A stretch of DNA of 64,000 nucleotides from the human T2T-CHM13v2.0 reference genome, Homo sapiens (GCF_009914755.1 NC_060926.1); one strand, 5' to 3'. Shown: positions 41,031 through 53,950, counted from the first letter of the stretch. Numbers and translations are program-made. Notes: generated by a model not told the origin, from the sequence alone.

Positions 41031-41706
41031 GTAAACACGTCTTTTTTTAAGGCAAGCATGTGAACTATGACAGAAAACGCACAGAGTTAATAAAGCATCA
41101 TCATCACAGTATTGGGGCAAGAATGAAAGACAGCTTGATGGATTGTTCAGCATGAGGAAAAACACAAACTTACCACAGTAATTAGAAATTATGTATATGC
41201 CAGGCATTTTTGAGAATGAAGTTAAAGTAACCGAGGAATATCAAGAAATTCACACCTTCTTTGCATTAAATTATGTAAGCCACTACTGGATACTGGGTTC
41301 TTGGGGGCATAAAACAGATATTGCAATTAAAATTAACTATTTAGAGAATACTTATTATTCTAGGGGAAGAAACCCAAGTGGATGAAAAAGGCTGAAGACA
41401 TCAGGCCAGCAAAGGGTCTAGTTCAGCTCTTGTGCAAAGCACATTTTCCTGGGTCTGAGAAACTCTGCTATTTATATTTTGAAAATTAAGGATGCAAACA
41501 AATGACTGATAACTAGGGATGGTGAATAAGCTCTCACTTCATGTTTGTCAGGTATCTTCTCCTGGTTTGCACTGCCTTGAATCACAATGTAAGGCAGTAT
41601 CAATGTTTATCTATTCCTTTGGTGCTCAGCAACCAGTGGGCATTAAGCGGATTGAAAGAGAAATCATGAGATTCTAATACCAGGTACATGCTTACGCTGT
41701 GGCATC

Positions 41707-42420
41707 TGATGTTTGGATGTTTGCCCTCTCTGAATATCACACTGAAATGTAATCCCCAATATTGGAGGTGGGACCTAGTGGGAGATATGAATCATGGGGG
41801 CAGATCCCTTATGAATAGCTTAGCAGCATCTCCTTGGTGATAAGTGAGTTTTTGCTCAATTGGTTCACAAGAGATCTGGTTGTTTAAAAGAACTTTAAAT
41901 ATATCTGTAATCCCAACTCTTTAAAAGGCAGGGGCAGGTGGATCACTTGAGTACAGGAGTTCAAGACCAGCCTGGGCATCATGGCAAAATCCCATCTCTA
42001 CAAAAAATACAAAAAATTAGCTTGGTGTGGTGCTCATCTGTAGTCCCAGATACTTGGAAGGCTGAGGTAGAGGGATCTCCCAGGAGGCTGCAATGAGCCG
42101 AGGTCCACCCACTGCACTACAGCCTGGGCAACAGAGCAAGACCTTGTCTCAAAGAAAAAAAACTAAAAAAGAATCTAGGACTTCCCTCTACTCTGTGTGG
42201 CTCCCTCTCTTGCCATGTGATGTGCTGGCTCCCCTTTTGCCTTCCATCATGATTGGAAGCTTCTTGGAAGCCCTCATGGGAAGCCGATTCCACCATTTTG
42301 CTTTGTGTATAGCCCGCAGAACTGTGAGACAAAATTAAATCTCTTTTTTTGTTGTTGTTTTTTAATGAATTGCCTAGCCTCTGGTGTTTCTTTATAGCAA
42401 TGCAAGAATGGGCCAATACA
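41707..42420 (+). mobile_element. MSTB-like MaLR solo LTR interrupted by AluJ
   Basis: tgaaatgtaatccccaatattggaggtggg...cttccatcatgattggaagctt...tttatagcaatgcaagaatgggccaataca. 5-bp TSD gcatc / gtatc. Confidence 0.92.
41905..42172 (+). mobile_element. 5'-truncated AluJ nested in the MST LTR
   Basis: ctgtaatccc...gatcacttgag...caagaccagcctgggca...gagcaagaccttgtctc. Flanks aaaagaact / aaaagaatct. Confidence 0.9.
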
Positions 42421-42657
42421 GTATCCATAAGTGGCACTGGTTGTAACATCTGTCTAGGAGCAGTGAGGGGCAAGCCATTGTCAGTCGAGGCCACAAAAAA
42501 AAGTTACCAACTAGTTCACCAAATGGAGCTTCGGGAAACACACTGGAGGCCGACACCAGGCAAAGCAGTGGTCTTTGCATGGTCTCTTCACGCAAAGCAC
42601 AGAGCACCACGCAGACTGAGAAAGTAGATTCATTGCTGGACCCAGGAGTACGCATCA

Positions 42658-42725
<68 letters not shown>

Positions 42726-42772
42726 CACACATATATATATACATATATATGTGTATATATATATATATATAT
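42658..42772. repeat. Compound (TG)/(TA)/(CA) microsatellite at an Alu tail
   Basis: ~115 bp of alternating purine-pyrimidine sequence. Confidence 0.95.
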
Positions 42773-42850
42773 TTTTTTGAGACAGAGTCTCACTCTGTCA
42801 CCCAGGCTAGAGTGCAGCAGTGGCATGATCTTGGCTCACTGCAACCTCTG
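42772..42850 (-). mobile_element. Short Alu right-arm 3' fragment
   Basis: ttttgagacagagtctcactctgtcacccaggctagagtgcag...ggctcactgcaacctctg, after which similarity ends. Confidence 0.9.
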
Positions 42851-43851
42851 TATAGCCATATTTAAAGCAAGTTTTTTTTGCATGTTCACCAGGAGCTGGA
42901 AGTTAATATCAGAATGCTATTGAACATTCTCCTGTACCTTGTGCATCTATTTTTCCTTTTTAAATATAATAACAATGTATACATTTTAAATTTTATCTCA
43001 CTGGATTGTCTGGGTTGTCATTCTCCAATAATTATTTTGTTTTCTTCATTAGCTTTCCAATGAAAGAATCCATCAGGATTATTACAGTGAGGCATCCTCT
43101 TCCTGACTATTCTAGTGAAGATCGAAGCAAATAAACAGTAAAATTCTTAAGAGGCAGGATTTTTTTTACACATGTGTTTTACGATATTTCTGCAACCCCC
43201 ACAACCTTCTTGTTACAAATGACATTGCTACAACCTTACACCCTAAGGCCTGCCTTGGTAAACTCACAGGAAGATATGTGCAATGAGGAAAAGATAACGC
43301 AATGGTAGCTCCCAAGCCTGGAACTCATGTTAAAGTATTCCCTTGGAAATGATGATTCAGCAATAGAAGCTTGAACCCAACTGAATTGTAAGCTAATAAT
43401 TGTCATCACCTATAATAACTTATTTGGCCTTCAACTACATCAATAATGAAAAACAGCAAACCAAAGAAAAATTAATGCCTCAGTACACACATTCTCTTCT
43501 GCTGAAGTGAGAACCAAGATTCTTATAGGATTCATTTGTTTCCCTGAGTTGCTACAGATCATGATAATTACTCATAAAACTATCAAGTGTTGCAAATTCC
43601 TAGATCTTGCACTAAAATGATTATTTTTATTTTGAATACACTGAACATACTTTTATATTCTCATTTGACAAAAAAAGAGCTAATACCCTGATGGGTAAAA
43701 AACTAAACTTGCATAAACTTTAGGATGCCCAAATCTAATTTTCTTTCCATGCTTTTCTGAGATTTGTTCTTCTTGATAATCCTTTAGCTTTTATCACATG
43801 ACACTTTCTTCCCTCTGATACCTCAAGTCACTTTTAATACAGTCAGAAAGA

Positions 43852-44191
<340 letters not shown>

Positions 44192-44522
44192 CTATTGGTT
44201 CTTCCCCAATAATTTTTCACATAACTCCTTCTTTACACAGAGCAATTGCATCAGAATGAGAGTGTTTTTGTGGTGGTGAGCAGCTGATTTGTCTTTGTAT
44301 CCTTGGGGCCTGCCACATACTAGTATATGCCCAACGTCTGTTAAATTGTTAAAATGAAAGCTGAAGTTAGTTTACTCAATATCCATTGAGAGAAACAATC
44401 GTTATAAACATTATACATGGAGGTATATTTTCTATTCCTCATTAATTTTCAATTATCTTTCCCCCTCTGTACTGAGAGAAATAAAGATCTCTGTAATATT
44501 TAAAAGTCCACTTATTTAAAGT

Positions 44523-44580
44523 GCCGGTAGTATAGTTGGTTACAGTGGGTGCTCGGTTGGTTACAGTGTGGTGCTAATAA
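44523..44580 (+). pseudogene. tRNA-Ile(AAT) 5'-half retropseudogene (tailless), with internal duplication
   Basis: 44551-44580 gctcggttggttacagtgtggtgctaataa matches recalled human tRNA-Ile-AAT nt ~10-39 (GCTCAGTTGGTTAGAGCGTGGTGCTAATAA) at 27/30. 44523-44547 resembles the tRNA 5' end (GCCGGTTAGCTCAGTTGGTTAGAGCG). Flanked by taaagtgcc direct repeats. Confidence 0.75.
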
Positions 44581-44621
44581 AGTGCCAGCAATGATAATTG
44601 CATCATTAAATGTATTTACTG

Positions 44622-45592
44622 AGATCTAACCTATCTCATTTTTAAACATATGCATTCAAACATCAGGCATTAGACCATATTATATGATCTTCCAGTTGTC
44701 CCCAACATTGATATAAAGAAAAAGGGAGTTGAAAAGGGGTGACTATACAATAATTAACTTAAAAAAAATTAAACACTATACTGAATATTCATTTTATTTT
44801 CATTATAGGCTATATAGTTTGTGTTTTAGATTAGTGGACTGTAGAATCTATTTTAAAACATATAAAGTTGACTTTGAATTAAGGGAGCTTCCAAAACATT
44901 TTAAAATATACATTCAACCCTTAAATGCAATGCTATAACTCTAGCAACCAATAGCAGTTAACTATCTTCCAGTGAAGCTGCCCCATAAAATGGCATTATG
45001 AAAGCTTACATTCCATAGACATTTGTCATGTACATGCTACAGCCTCTAATATTACCAGACTGCAAAAGATCCTATACCTGGGTAAAAAATGGTAAGATAA
45101 AAGCAGACTATTGTCTTGAGTCCTGAATGACTCTGCAGAGGACCTGGGACTCATGATTAATAACATTGTTTAATGATTTTTCTCTTTTAGTTTTGCATAC
45201 TATTATTGAAAAGTTATATTATATATTGAAATACAGGATTGTTTTACTTTGATATGAAGCCAGGTTTCAATGTCTGCTTGCAATTCAACATGGAAAATCA
45301 TTTTGGTCAGCAATATTTGTTGATATAGCATGCAAAACAAACAAACAAACAAACAAACAAAAAACCCCCCCAAAAAACAAGTCTAGATTTGAAGTCACAC
45401 CAGAATTTCCACTCTGCCATTTACTTGTTATATGACCGTAGATTTAACGAAGCTCATTTTTAAAAATATGCATCCAAATATCATGCATTAGAGTTTATGC
45501 TATGACCTTCCAGTTGTCCCGAGTATTGATATACACAAATAGGGAGTCTTAAAAATGTGACTATCCAGTAATTAACTTCACAAAATTAAACA
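44622..45592 (+). repeat. Dispersed local direct duplication of ~154 bp (44622-44775 and 45440-45592)
   Basis: Nearly gap-free hand alignment at about 80% identity, e.g. ctcatttttaaa.atatgcat, cttccagttgtccc, gtgactat, taattaactt. Confidence 0.9.
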
Positions 45593-45720
45593 TTTAAAAA
45601 TTAAAAGTAACAATTCATTTACCTCTCTGAATCTGTTTCCTCATTTAAATATGAGGGTAGCAGCCCATTCTTGTCATCCTGGAAGTGTTGTAAAGGGAAT
45701 TACATATGTTAAAGTAAGTG
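45380..45720 (+). mobile_element. MIR, split by a ~170-bp insertion
   Basis: ctctgccatttacttgttatatgacc [insert] caattcatttacctctctgaatctgtttcctcatttaaatatgagg corresponds to contiguous MIR core consensus. Confidence 0.75.
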
Positions 45721-47109
45721 GAAGTATTTTCCAAACTGGAAGAAACTACACAAATTTCCTATCATATGAGCTGGAGTGTGCAGGCTTTATAGGAAAAAGT
45801 AAAACATAAAGGCAAGGGGGAGTACTTTTCTGATTACCTACATAACAATTTTCCACATAAAAAAATTACTGCAATTCTAATAGAAATGTTACAGAAAGAA
45901 TATATAGACCTTCTTAAATCACTTGGAAATGGATATTTTCTTGGTAGCACAATCCTGGGAAAGCTATTTATTATAGAAAGGAGAAATCAGGGAGGATATG
46001 AAGAAGAAGATGGATGGCATGAGAAAAGCTTGAAGGAAAAATACAGAATGTGAGCTAGAGCACCATCGTTCATGCCTCATATGGGAGGGATGAGAAAAGC
46101 CCCTTTGAACACAAAATAACGTTTTTGGTGGCACTAACCACAAAATGAAATGGCAGATAATAAAACTGTTCTTAGAGAGATTAAAATGACAAGGTCCATT
46201 TTGTAGCGAGTCTTTTTTACCTAAACTGAGTCAACTCTGGTTTATGCCAAATACAAGCTAAATAAATCATGCAGTGAAAGCACTGGTTGCCAATACAATT
46301 AAAGGGTGGGTCGAGACCAATGTGAACTCTACAGTTAAAAGACAAACTTAAGGGTCATGCTATTGAAAAAGACATGAAAAATGTGATGAAAGAATACTGT
46401 TAAGGGGGACAAAATGTCGATATGAAATGTACAGGAAATTAAAAAGTAGACATCTGAGAATTATTAATTCGCTAAGCAAAAGCAGCAGTCTATTTCTAAT
46501 GTCTACCACATTGTTTGAGGTGTAATTGCAGCACCACTAATCTGGTACTCTGCAATGGCATGCCTAGAAGACTGGTCTTCTTTAAATTACTTTGATTTAC
46601 TGGCAATGCAATAATTAAGGTAACAGAAGCACCCTCCTCAGTCTACAGACTCCAGAAAATTGTATTTCGCCAGGATGTGTCTTATGGGTTGATTCAGGAA
46701 AAGGAATTAAGTGGTAAAGGGTATTCTATTCACATCTATAAACCAGGGAATATACATATTTAAGATAATGAAGAGTAGCCTACATATATATTTAAAGTTA
46801 GACGGAGAAGAATATGGAAATTGTATTATTAAATATTTTCAGAAATGTAGGTTTGTGGGAAAATCTGTCTCAATATCACACCTTGTTCATTCTTTCATGT
46901 AGGACTCCAGCTATCTGCATACACATAAGTACAAACTAGTTGAAACGATTGTGAATTGGTCTAATGGGGAAAGAGGAGTTTCCAGTATTTTGTCCCACAA
47001 AAGTAGAAAATTGAGCTAAAAAGGATCAAAGAGGAGTGCATTAGTCATTGAATTCATATTTCTAATTTTACAAGAGTATCTCTGGTGGTTTCTTTGATGT
47101 AGTGGAATG

Positions 47110-47350
47110 AGTTTTGGATAGAGGACTATGCTGTGACCCCCTGTCTTCAACATATACTAGTCATGTGACATTGGGAAAAGTATCTAACTTCTCTAATTCT
47201 TAGCAGCATTGTGTGCAAAATGAGAACAGTAATATTAATAACAGCGACCTTATAGGGCTGCTGCAAGGATTAGAATAGGTTTAGAACATCAAATATATTT
47301 TTCCCCAGAAAAACTCATGGCACATGATAGGTGCACAATAAATGTTTAGG
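47110..47350 (+). mobile_element. MIR(b)
   Basis: actagtcatgtgacattgggaaaagtatctaacttctct...aaaatgagaacagtaata...tatagggctgctgcaaggatta...ggcacatgataggtgcacaataaatg. Confidence 0.8.
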
Positions 47351-47359
47351 GAGAATGTG

Positions 47360-47361
<2 letters not shown>

Positions 47362-47395
<34 letters not shown>
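47362..47395. repeat. (GT)17 microsatellite
   Basis: Read directly. Confidence 0.95.
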
Positions 47396-47400
<5 letters not shown>

Positions 47401-47500
47401 AGTAAAATCTTCCTCAAAATTATATGTCCAGGCTACAACCTTGTTCTTTCAATTCCAAAACCCTTTTCCCCCACACAATGATAGTTTTCCTCTCTATTAG

Positions 47501-47854
47501 TGATGTGGTTTGGCTGTGTCCCCACCCAAATCTCATCTTGAATTGTAACTCTCACAATTCCCATGTGTCATGGGAGGAACCCGGTGGGAGGTAATTGAAG
47601 CATGGGGCAGGTCTTCCCAGTGCTGTTCTTATGATAGTGAATAAGTCCCATGAAATCTGATGGCTTTAAAAATAGGAGTTTCCTCGCATAAGATCTCTCT
47701 CTTGCTGCCCCATGTAAGAAGTGCCTTTTGCCTTCCGCCATGATAGTGAGGGCGCCCAGCCACGTGAAACTGTAAGTCCATCAAACCTCTTTCTTTTGTA
47801 AATTGTCCAGTCTTGGGTATGTCTTTATCAGCAGTGTGAAAACGGACTGATACA
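47501..47854 (+). mobile_element. THE1A/B-like MaLR solo LTR
   Basis: tgatgtggtttggctgtgtccccacccaaatctcatcttgaattgt...tctttatcagcagtgtgaaaacggactgataca. TSD attag / atcag. Confidence 0.95.
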
Positions 47855-48072
47855 ATCAGCAATTACTTTTTGTTTCTTAACAACATGACTAGTTAAATTA
47901 AAATTATTAGATAAATTGTGACATACAATGCTTTAATACATAACAATATGGTATTTGGTAGTCATTAAAAATATAATGTCCACATGGGCCATTTTGCTTT
48001 TCATAGAAAAGGCATTGCTTCCTTGACCAGAGTCAGTAGAATATGGTCAGTTGTCTGATAAGCAGTCATTGA

Positions 48073-48073
<1 letters not shown>

Positions 48074-48113
<40 letters not shown>

Positions 48114-48148
48114 TACACATGCACACACACACAACACACACACACACA
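48074..48148. repeat. Interrupted (CA)n microsatellite
   Basis: Read directly. Confidence 0.95.
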
Positions 48149-50509
48149 GGAAAACTCATGGAAAAAATAGACTTGGAACTCATTCCTCCTGATCCATCTA
48201 TCAGCATCAGCACTGCACTCAGCATCTTCACCCAGCACAATTATTTAGCAATAGTATTAATTATAACAAAGTGCAGAACCTTGGCTGGAAGGAAAGAAAA
48301 CTAATTTTAGGGAAACATAGCCTTTGAGGAGACATCAAAGAAATAAAGTATATTCTGTCTAGAGGAGACAATATTCAAGCTGATGATATAATGACTACTT
48401 TTCTAATAAATATGTGGTCTTTTGAAATATAAATAAACACTATGGATTTATATTAGGGTAGGAGTATTGGGGGTAAGTTATAAAGAAAGTGAGGTCTGCC
48501 CAAATTTGCAGTAGGTTGCCAAGGAAGGGCATTTCATTTTCTTGGAAGACAATAAGATTAGGATAAATTCTCTCCTTTCAGTGGGAATTTATTGTTGGGA
48601 ATGGAGAAAGTAGATAGCTATGAACTAGATGACCTTCAAAGTCCCCCAAACTTTTTGATTGGACTCCACACCATGCCTCATATGAAGAAATCTATTCTGG
48701 CAGCATAGGATGCCCTAGACCTCAGCCTCATGGTGACTTAATTTGTCTGTTGATGGGAAAAGAAAAGCAGTCAGTAGCAGACATGGGATCATTGGCACTC
48801 TCCAAAGAAGACAAGGCTTTTTTTTTTTTTTTTTTTTTTTGGGTGGTTTTGACTTTGTTTATTTTATTATCATTACTCTTTCCATTTCTCCAAAGGTAGG
48901 CTTACTGTTTTAAGAATCTCATATTTAAAACAACTAATCTTTCAGGAACCAAACATTCAATCCTAGAAAAGTCAGCATCAACATGTTTTTTTTTCCAATT
49001 CTGATTAGAAAATTATTTGATCAACTGAGTATACTATGTATGGGTTTCATAGATAAGTCCTTAGAGACTGGGTCTTAAATGGCCTCACCATGTGGATTCA
49101 AGGACACCACTCTCCAAAGAGTGAGTAGTTTTTCAAACAACGTCAAGGATAAATACAAAACATGTATTTTTTGAGAATACAGGCACACACATCCATATAA
49201 ATAAATAACTACAAGCCAGCTTTTTACTTGCTAAGATTTAGTGCATTTTGATTTAAAAAAAGTAATGAATTTCAGTCTAAGAAAATTGCCTGGAATTATA
49301 AGTTCTTATCAATTTTTATAAGAGACGCAACCCCACAGGATTTAAACTCAGAAACTTTCTGCCAGCATTCTACATACTTCATGTCATGTACCCTGATTTA
49401 AGTTTTGTTTGTGCTGATATCTTACACAATTGCCTAAATATTGTCAACTAAGATTTCCCAAATTTCTTCTCCCAGTTCCTATTTGCATATAATTAGAAAG
49501 GAAAATCAGGGTAGAGTTTCCAACAGTTACATCTTAGCTTTTATATTCATTTTGTCAAATTTAAAAGAGAATTCCATGTTTGTATTGAAATGTATGTATG
49601 TATATGTGTGCATTTGAAAACCAAATGTATATAGTGTAGAGAGATATAATTCATTACAAGTAAACTTAATTTATGAAATAAAATTTATCATAAAATTTGT
49701 TTAAGAGCCAACTTATACATCTCCTCCCATGGGTAATGTTTCATCTCGAATTTAAGAGAGGAATCAATCTGCAAATGCTCATTGAGGGCCTGTGATACAC
49801 AGTGCTGTGCTATGTGATATGAAAAGAATAATACATGTAAAACGATGAGTTAATCAATTCATTTAATTAATACGTTGGGAGCATCTTCTACATACCAGAC
49901 ACTTTGCTGCTCATTGGGTGTATAGCAACAACTAGGACTAGTTACAACCCACCAAGAAGTTTATAATTCAGTTATTTAGAAAACTCATGGAAATGCAGGG
50001 AACCGTATAAATAGTAATTACACAGTAAAAAGCTCAAGTAGTACTCAGGAGAATAGGGAATGTAGTTCTTCTTCAGCTCTAAAATTCTGGGAAGGCTTCA
50101 CTAATCAGAGAAACGTAAGCAAGGCTTTAAAATGGGTTGATTTGTTCATGAGGCAAAAGAAGAACCATCTCTATAAGATAATTTCAAGTCATTAGGTATA
50201 CACTAGTGAATGATCATGCCGTGGAGACTAGAGTCAGTCAAGGGGGGAACAAGCTCCAGCTTTGCCAGGATGGTAGCAGTGGGTATAGAGAGAAGAGCAA
50301 TGAGGATTCTGATTTTAATATAGCTGTTTCTTCTTCCTCTTCTTCCTCCTTGATTCCTCTCCTTGCTATGGCTGGTAAGACTTCAAAGGGGTTATGGCGG
50401 TCAGGTAATAATGAATTCAAGTTGTGGGTGGGGGAAGAAGGTCCTGAGTAGAAGAAGAAGGGAATATGAGAAAATTACTGATTTTGTATCCTTGTCAAAG
50501 TAATGCTTT

Positions 50510-50800
50510 AGCCAGGGAATGCTATGTGTTCACTACTTCTTCTTTCCACATTCCTTTGCAGCTAGACTGGAACCATAAAATGGCATTCTAGTCAATCTAC
50601 TGGGTAAAAGTTAGCAGAGTAAAATGTCCAAGGAAACTTCTAGCCCTCTCTGGTCTGCCTTAGCAACCTTGGAAGCCAAGTGTTCCTGATTAAATAAGAT
50701 AGAGGAAGCGTTTTCCACCAGGAGAAATTGTCTGTTGTTTAAGTCACTGAGTGTTGGGGGTTAATTTGTTTCCACAGTTTAAGGGCTTCCTTGACTAAGA
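50510..50800 (+). mobile_element. Old MLT1 (J/K-like) LTR fragment
   Basis: tttgcagctagactgg...ttctagtcaat...ttgtttaagtcactgag...tttgtt...ttgactaa. Confidence 0.5.
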
Positions 50801-51699
50801 GCAACATTGCTTCTATGGTGAATTTGTTTACAAACTTCAGACGATTTTCACAAAGCTTGATTATCGTGGTTGAGAATAGACATGGTTCATCATTTATGCT
50901 AATGCAGCATAAAAACTATGACCCTCAACTTCTATCTTCTAAGCTTTTACTTTATATTTGTTTTATTTATTGTTCTGTTTACTTCTAAATAAGCATATTA
51001 ATTCATGACTACATTTCTCTGAGAAGTTTAGAACAGGGAATAACCTTCTAGTTTTTTTTTTTTTTTTAATAAGAGAGACAAGTAGCTTAATAGTAGTTTT
51101 TAATAGTCATTGACTGGTTTTAACAGTCTAATATTTTTGTTCAGGGAAAAAGTTTGAATTCTGCAATAAAATTAAGAAAATTTTAATTGAAATAATAAAA
51201 CCATCTCAGTTTATTATTTGGAGTATGCCAAGAAAAGCCCAGGGAATAAATAGAGGCAGGTGTAGAGAACCAAAAAATAAGAAAAAAATTTTTTTAATCT
51301 ACATAAAACAGAAATATTAAACAAATGATTAAAAAGTGCCTAAATACAGAAATGTGGGGAATTCTGGCAGAGTATCCTGTGAGACTTCTTATGTTGTCTC
51401 TCACTTGGAAGATGTTATGGTGAGACGAATCATGTGATTCAGGAAAAAAAAAATTGTGGAGCAGGAGCTTCTAAATTAAACATAATCATCTTGAGTTTTG
51501 TGCTGCGAAGAAACATTCATATTGGGATAGTACAAAGAGGCTGGACCTGCAATGAGGATGCCTGAATTCTTGACTGAACTCCACCATTAATTAAGCTAAC
51601 AACATTCATTGAGTCCAATAATCACAAAGTATCAGACTATTTCACTTCTTTCATTGATTAGAAAAAACATAAAATTATTGCCTTATTGGTTTTATAGCA

Positions 51700-52050
51700 C
51701 TATCTATAGTAATCCTTCATTCCCATCTCTCTACCAGCAGCAGACTACCTGTCTTTCAAGTACAAGTATCATCTCTCCCATGAATCCTTTTCTAATTCCC
51801 CTCCTTTTCCCAGGAGAAATGGACTTTTCTCTCTTTTCTATTCCTACACTCTACTGTTCAGACATTTATCACAGCAATACAAATTGGCATCTTATTTCTT
51901 TGTATATTTGTTTCCTATTTCATTCTGTGAGTTTCTTGAGGTCAGGGATCATATCTAGCTATTTTTGTATTACCAATGCCTAGTATAATCCATAGCACAT
52001 AGAATATGTTCAGTAAATGTTTGTCAGGTGAAATCATGAATGAATGTGTT
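51700..52050 (+). mobile_element. L2 3' fragment
   Basis: ctgtgagtttcttgaggtcagggatcat...tgcctagtataatccatagcacatag...ttcagtaaatgtttg...atgaatgaatg. Confidence 0.7.
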
Positions 52051-52807
52051 TATGAAGATATTAGGAGTGAACAGGTAGGTGTGAAAGACAGAGATTAATC
52101 TGTTAGTGGGAGCTGAATGGAGGAGAAACTTTCAGATACAGCTAAAATTGCCAAAGCCTTCGAGGACACCCTTCTCGGATGTGTTCTGGCTCTTTGAATC
52201 CATTCTGGTCATGCCTGAATTGAAGTCAGGGACTGGATCTGCCTGAAATTGTTTCTTACTCTACACAATTCTGCTTATAGCATTTAATTAGTTTCTTCAT
52301 AATTTTAATAGTTATTTGACAAAGGAAATCTGACCACTATGAAGCAACACAGGGAACTTAGTTTAGGCAGATGAAGCCTCCAGATGTGATAATTAATAGA
52401 GAAGACAGGGTAGGCTAAAATTCTAATTCATTCCTCAAGGAGGGTTGTGTTCAGCTGGGACACATTCCTAGGTTAATTCATGACACAAACTGCAGGTCAC
52501 TGATAGCTTTCCAAATTGAAATGAGGACTAAGTTTGCAGGGTTATCTTTTGGACACATGGGAGCCTGGTGAGATAAGGACAGGCTGTGAGGGAGGTTGAG
52601 AGTATTCTGAGCGGGGGATTTCTGAAGATGAAGCAGCAGAAGGCATCATGGTGTCTTTCATCATGGTATAGGACCAAACTTTGAAAATCCCATTGTTCTT
52701 AGCAAATTCAAAACCAAGAAGTAAAGTGTGAAATGGCAATATTCTCTTCTTACCATAAAAATAACCCATTTACCATACCTTATTATCCCTTTCTTAGATG
52801 CTTAAAC

Positions 52808-52900
52808 TTTATTAAGAAAAATGCTCAAGCTATCTTAAGTTTTATTAAGAAAAATGCTCAAGATATCTTAAGTTGAAAAATGCTCAAGATGTCTTAAGTT
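52808..52900. repeat. 33-bp tandem repeat, ~2.8 copies
   Basis: tttattaagaaaaatgctcaag(c/a)tatcttaagt x2, plus a third shortened copy gaaaaatgctcaagatgtcttaagtt. Confidence 0.92.
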
Positions 52901-53247
52901 GTATTAATGTCTCTTTACCTGAAATTGTGTGTATAAGACTATTTCTCCATTCTACTTCCATAGCTAGCTCAGTGGAACAGGCGTAAACATGCCTATGTAA
53001 TTCCAATACCTCTAATTGTGATAAGAAACCTTATTTCATTAATTTTGTTTACATTTTAACCTTCATATTCATCACTTTACTTTTAAAAATGATACCCTAT
53101 TGTCAAACTATTGCCTGACAAACTCTTTGCCAGAAAGTTGACCAGAAAATTTAACCTGAATTGAAGAACAGTCCAAGAAAATGAATATTAAAGTAAGTAG
53201 GAGACAAAATAACTAGGTAACCAATCTAAGCTTTAAAAACCAGTTGG

Positions 53248-53521
53248 GGCCAGGAGCAGTGGCTAGTGCCTGTGATTCCAGCTCTTTGGGAGGCCGAAGC
53301 AGATGGATCATCTGAGGTCAGGAGTTTGAGACCAGCCTGGGCAACATGGTGAAACCCTGTCTCTACTAAAAATATAAAAGTTAGCGCGGCATGGTGGCAT
53401 GTGCCTGTAATCCCAGCTAGTTGGGGGGCTGAGGCAGGAGAATTGCCTGAATCCAGGAGGCGGAGGTTGCAGTCAGCCAAGATTGTGCCAATGCACTCCA
53501 GCCTGGGTGACAGAGCAAAGA
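53248..53521 (+). mobile_element. AluSx-like, 3' end and tail missing
   Basis: Alu body to ...gcctgggtgacagagcaaaga, then non-Alu sequence with no A-tail. Confidence 0.93.
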
Positions 53522-53679
53522 GGCATGTCAATATGAAAGATATAGTGTCAGGGTAAAAGAGGAAGAATCATGTATATAACCCTGTCCCTTTCACTCTAAG
53601 TTGAGGTTCTATAGTTAATCTAAAACAGATGTGGGGAATTGATATGATTTAGCCTACTTCTTTGTGAGTATGGTTTTTC

Positions 53680-53950
53680 TAGAGAGTTAGAGTGGAACAT
53701 GGAGTGGAGGGGAAGGAGAAATGGGAGAGGTATGGCTGAGGAATCAAGAGAGGCAGCAGAGCCAGTTGAGTTGAGGTATGTTAAACCTTTCCATTTCAGC
53801 CTAAGAACAAAGGAAAGCTTTGAGGGGCTTTTAAGAAATACACTGACCTGATTACATTTGAGTTTTTCAAACATTACCATGGCTGCCACTCAAAATGGAT
53901 TAGGATAGGGAAGAGGCAAGGGTGAAAGCCAGAAAAACAGATTTTTATTT
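53680..53950 (-). mobile_element. L2 internal fragment
   Basis: Purine-rich with ggaaagctt...gaggggcttttaag...tgacctgattacatttgagttttt...atggctgcc...aatggattagga. Confidence 0.5.

Noticed and set aside
44523-44600. Functional tRNA-Ile gene
   Set aside because: T-arm/B-box and 3' acceptor strand are absent, so it cannot form a cloverleaf.
44245-44605. Two ATTGCATCA (C/EBP-ATF) motifs 350 bp apart
   Set aside because: An AT-rich 9-mer expected about once by chance in a window this size; no supporting context.
52808-52900. 33-bp repeats as a CRISPR-like array
   Set aside because: Head-to-tail with no spacers, in primate DNA with no cas genes.
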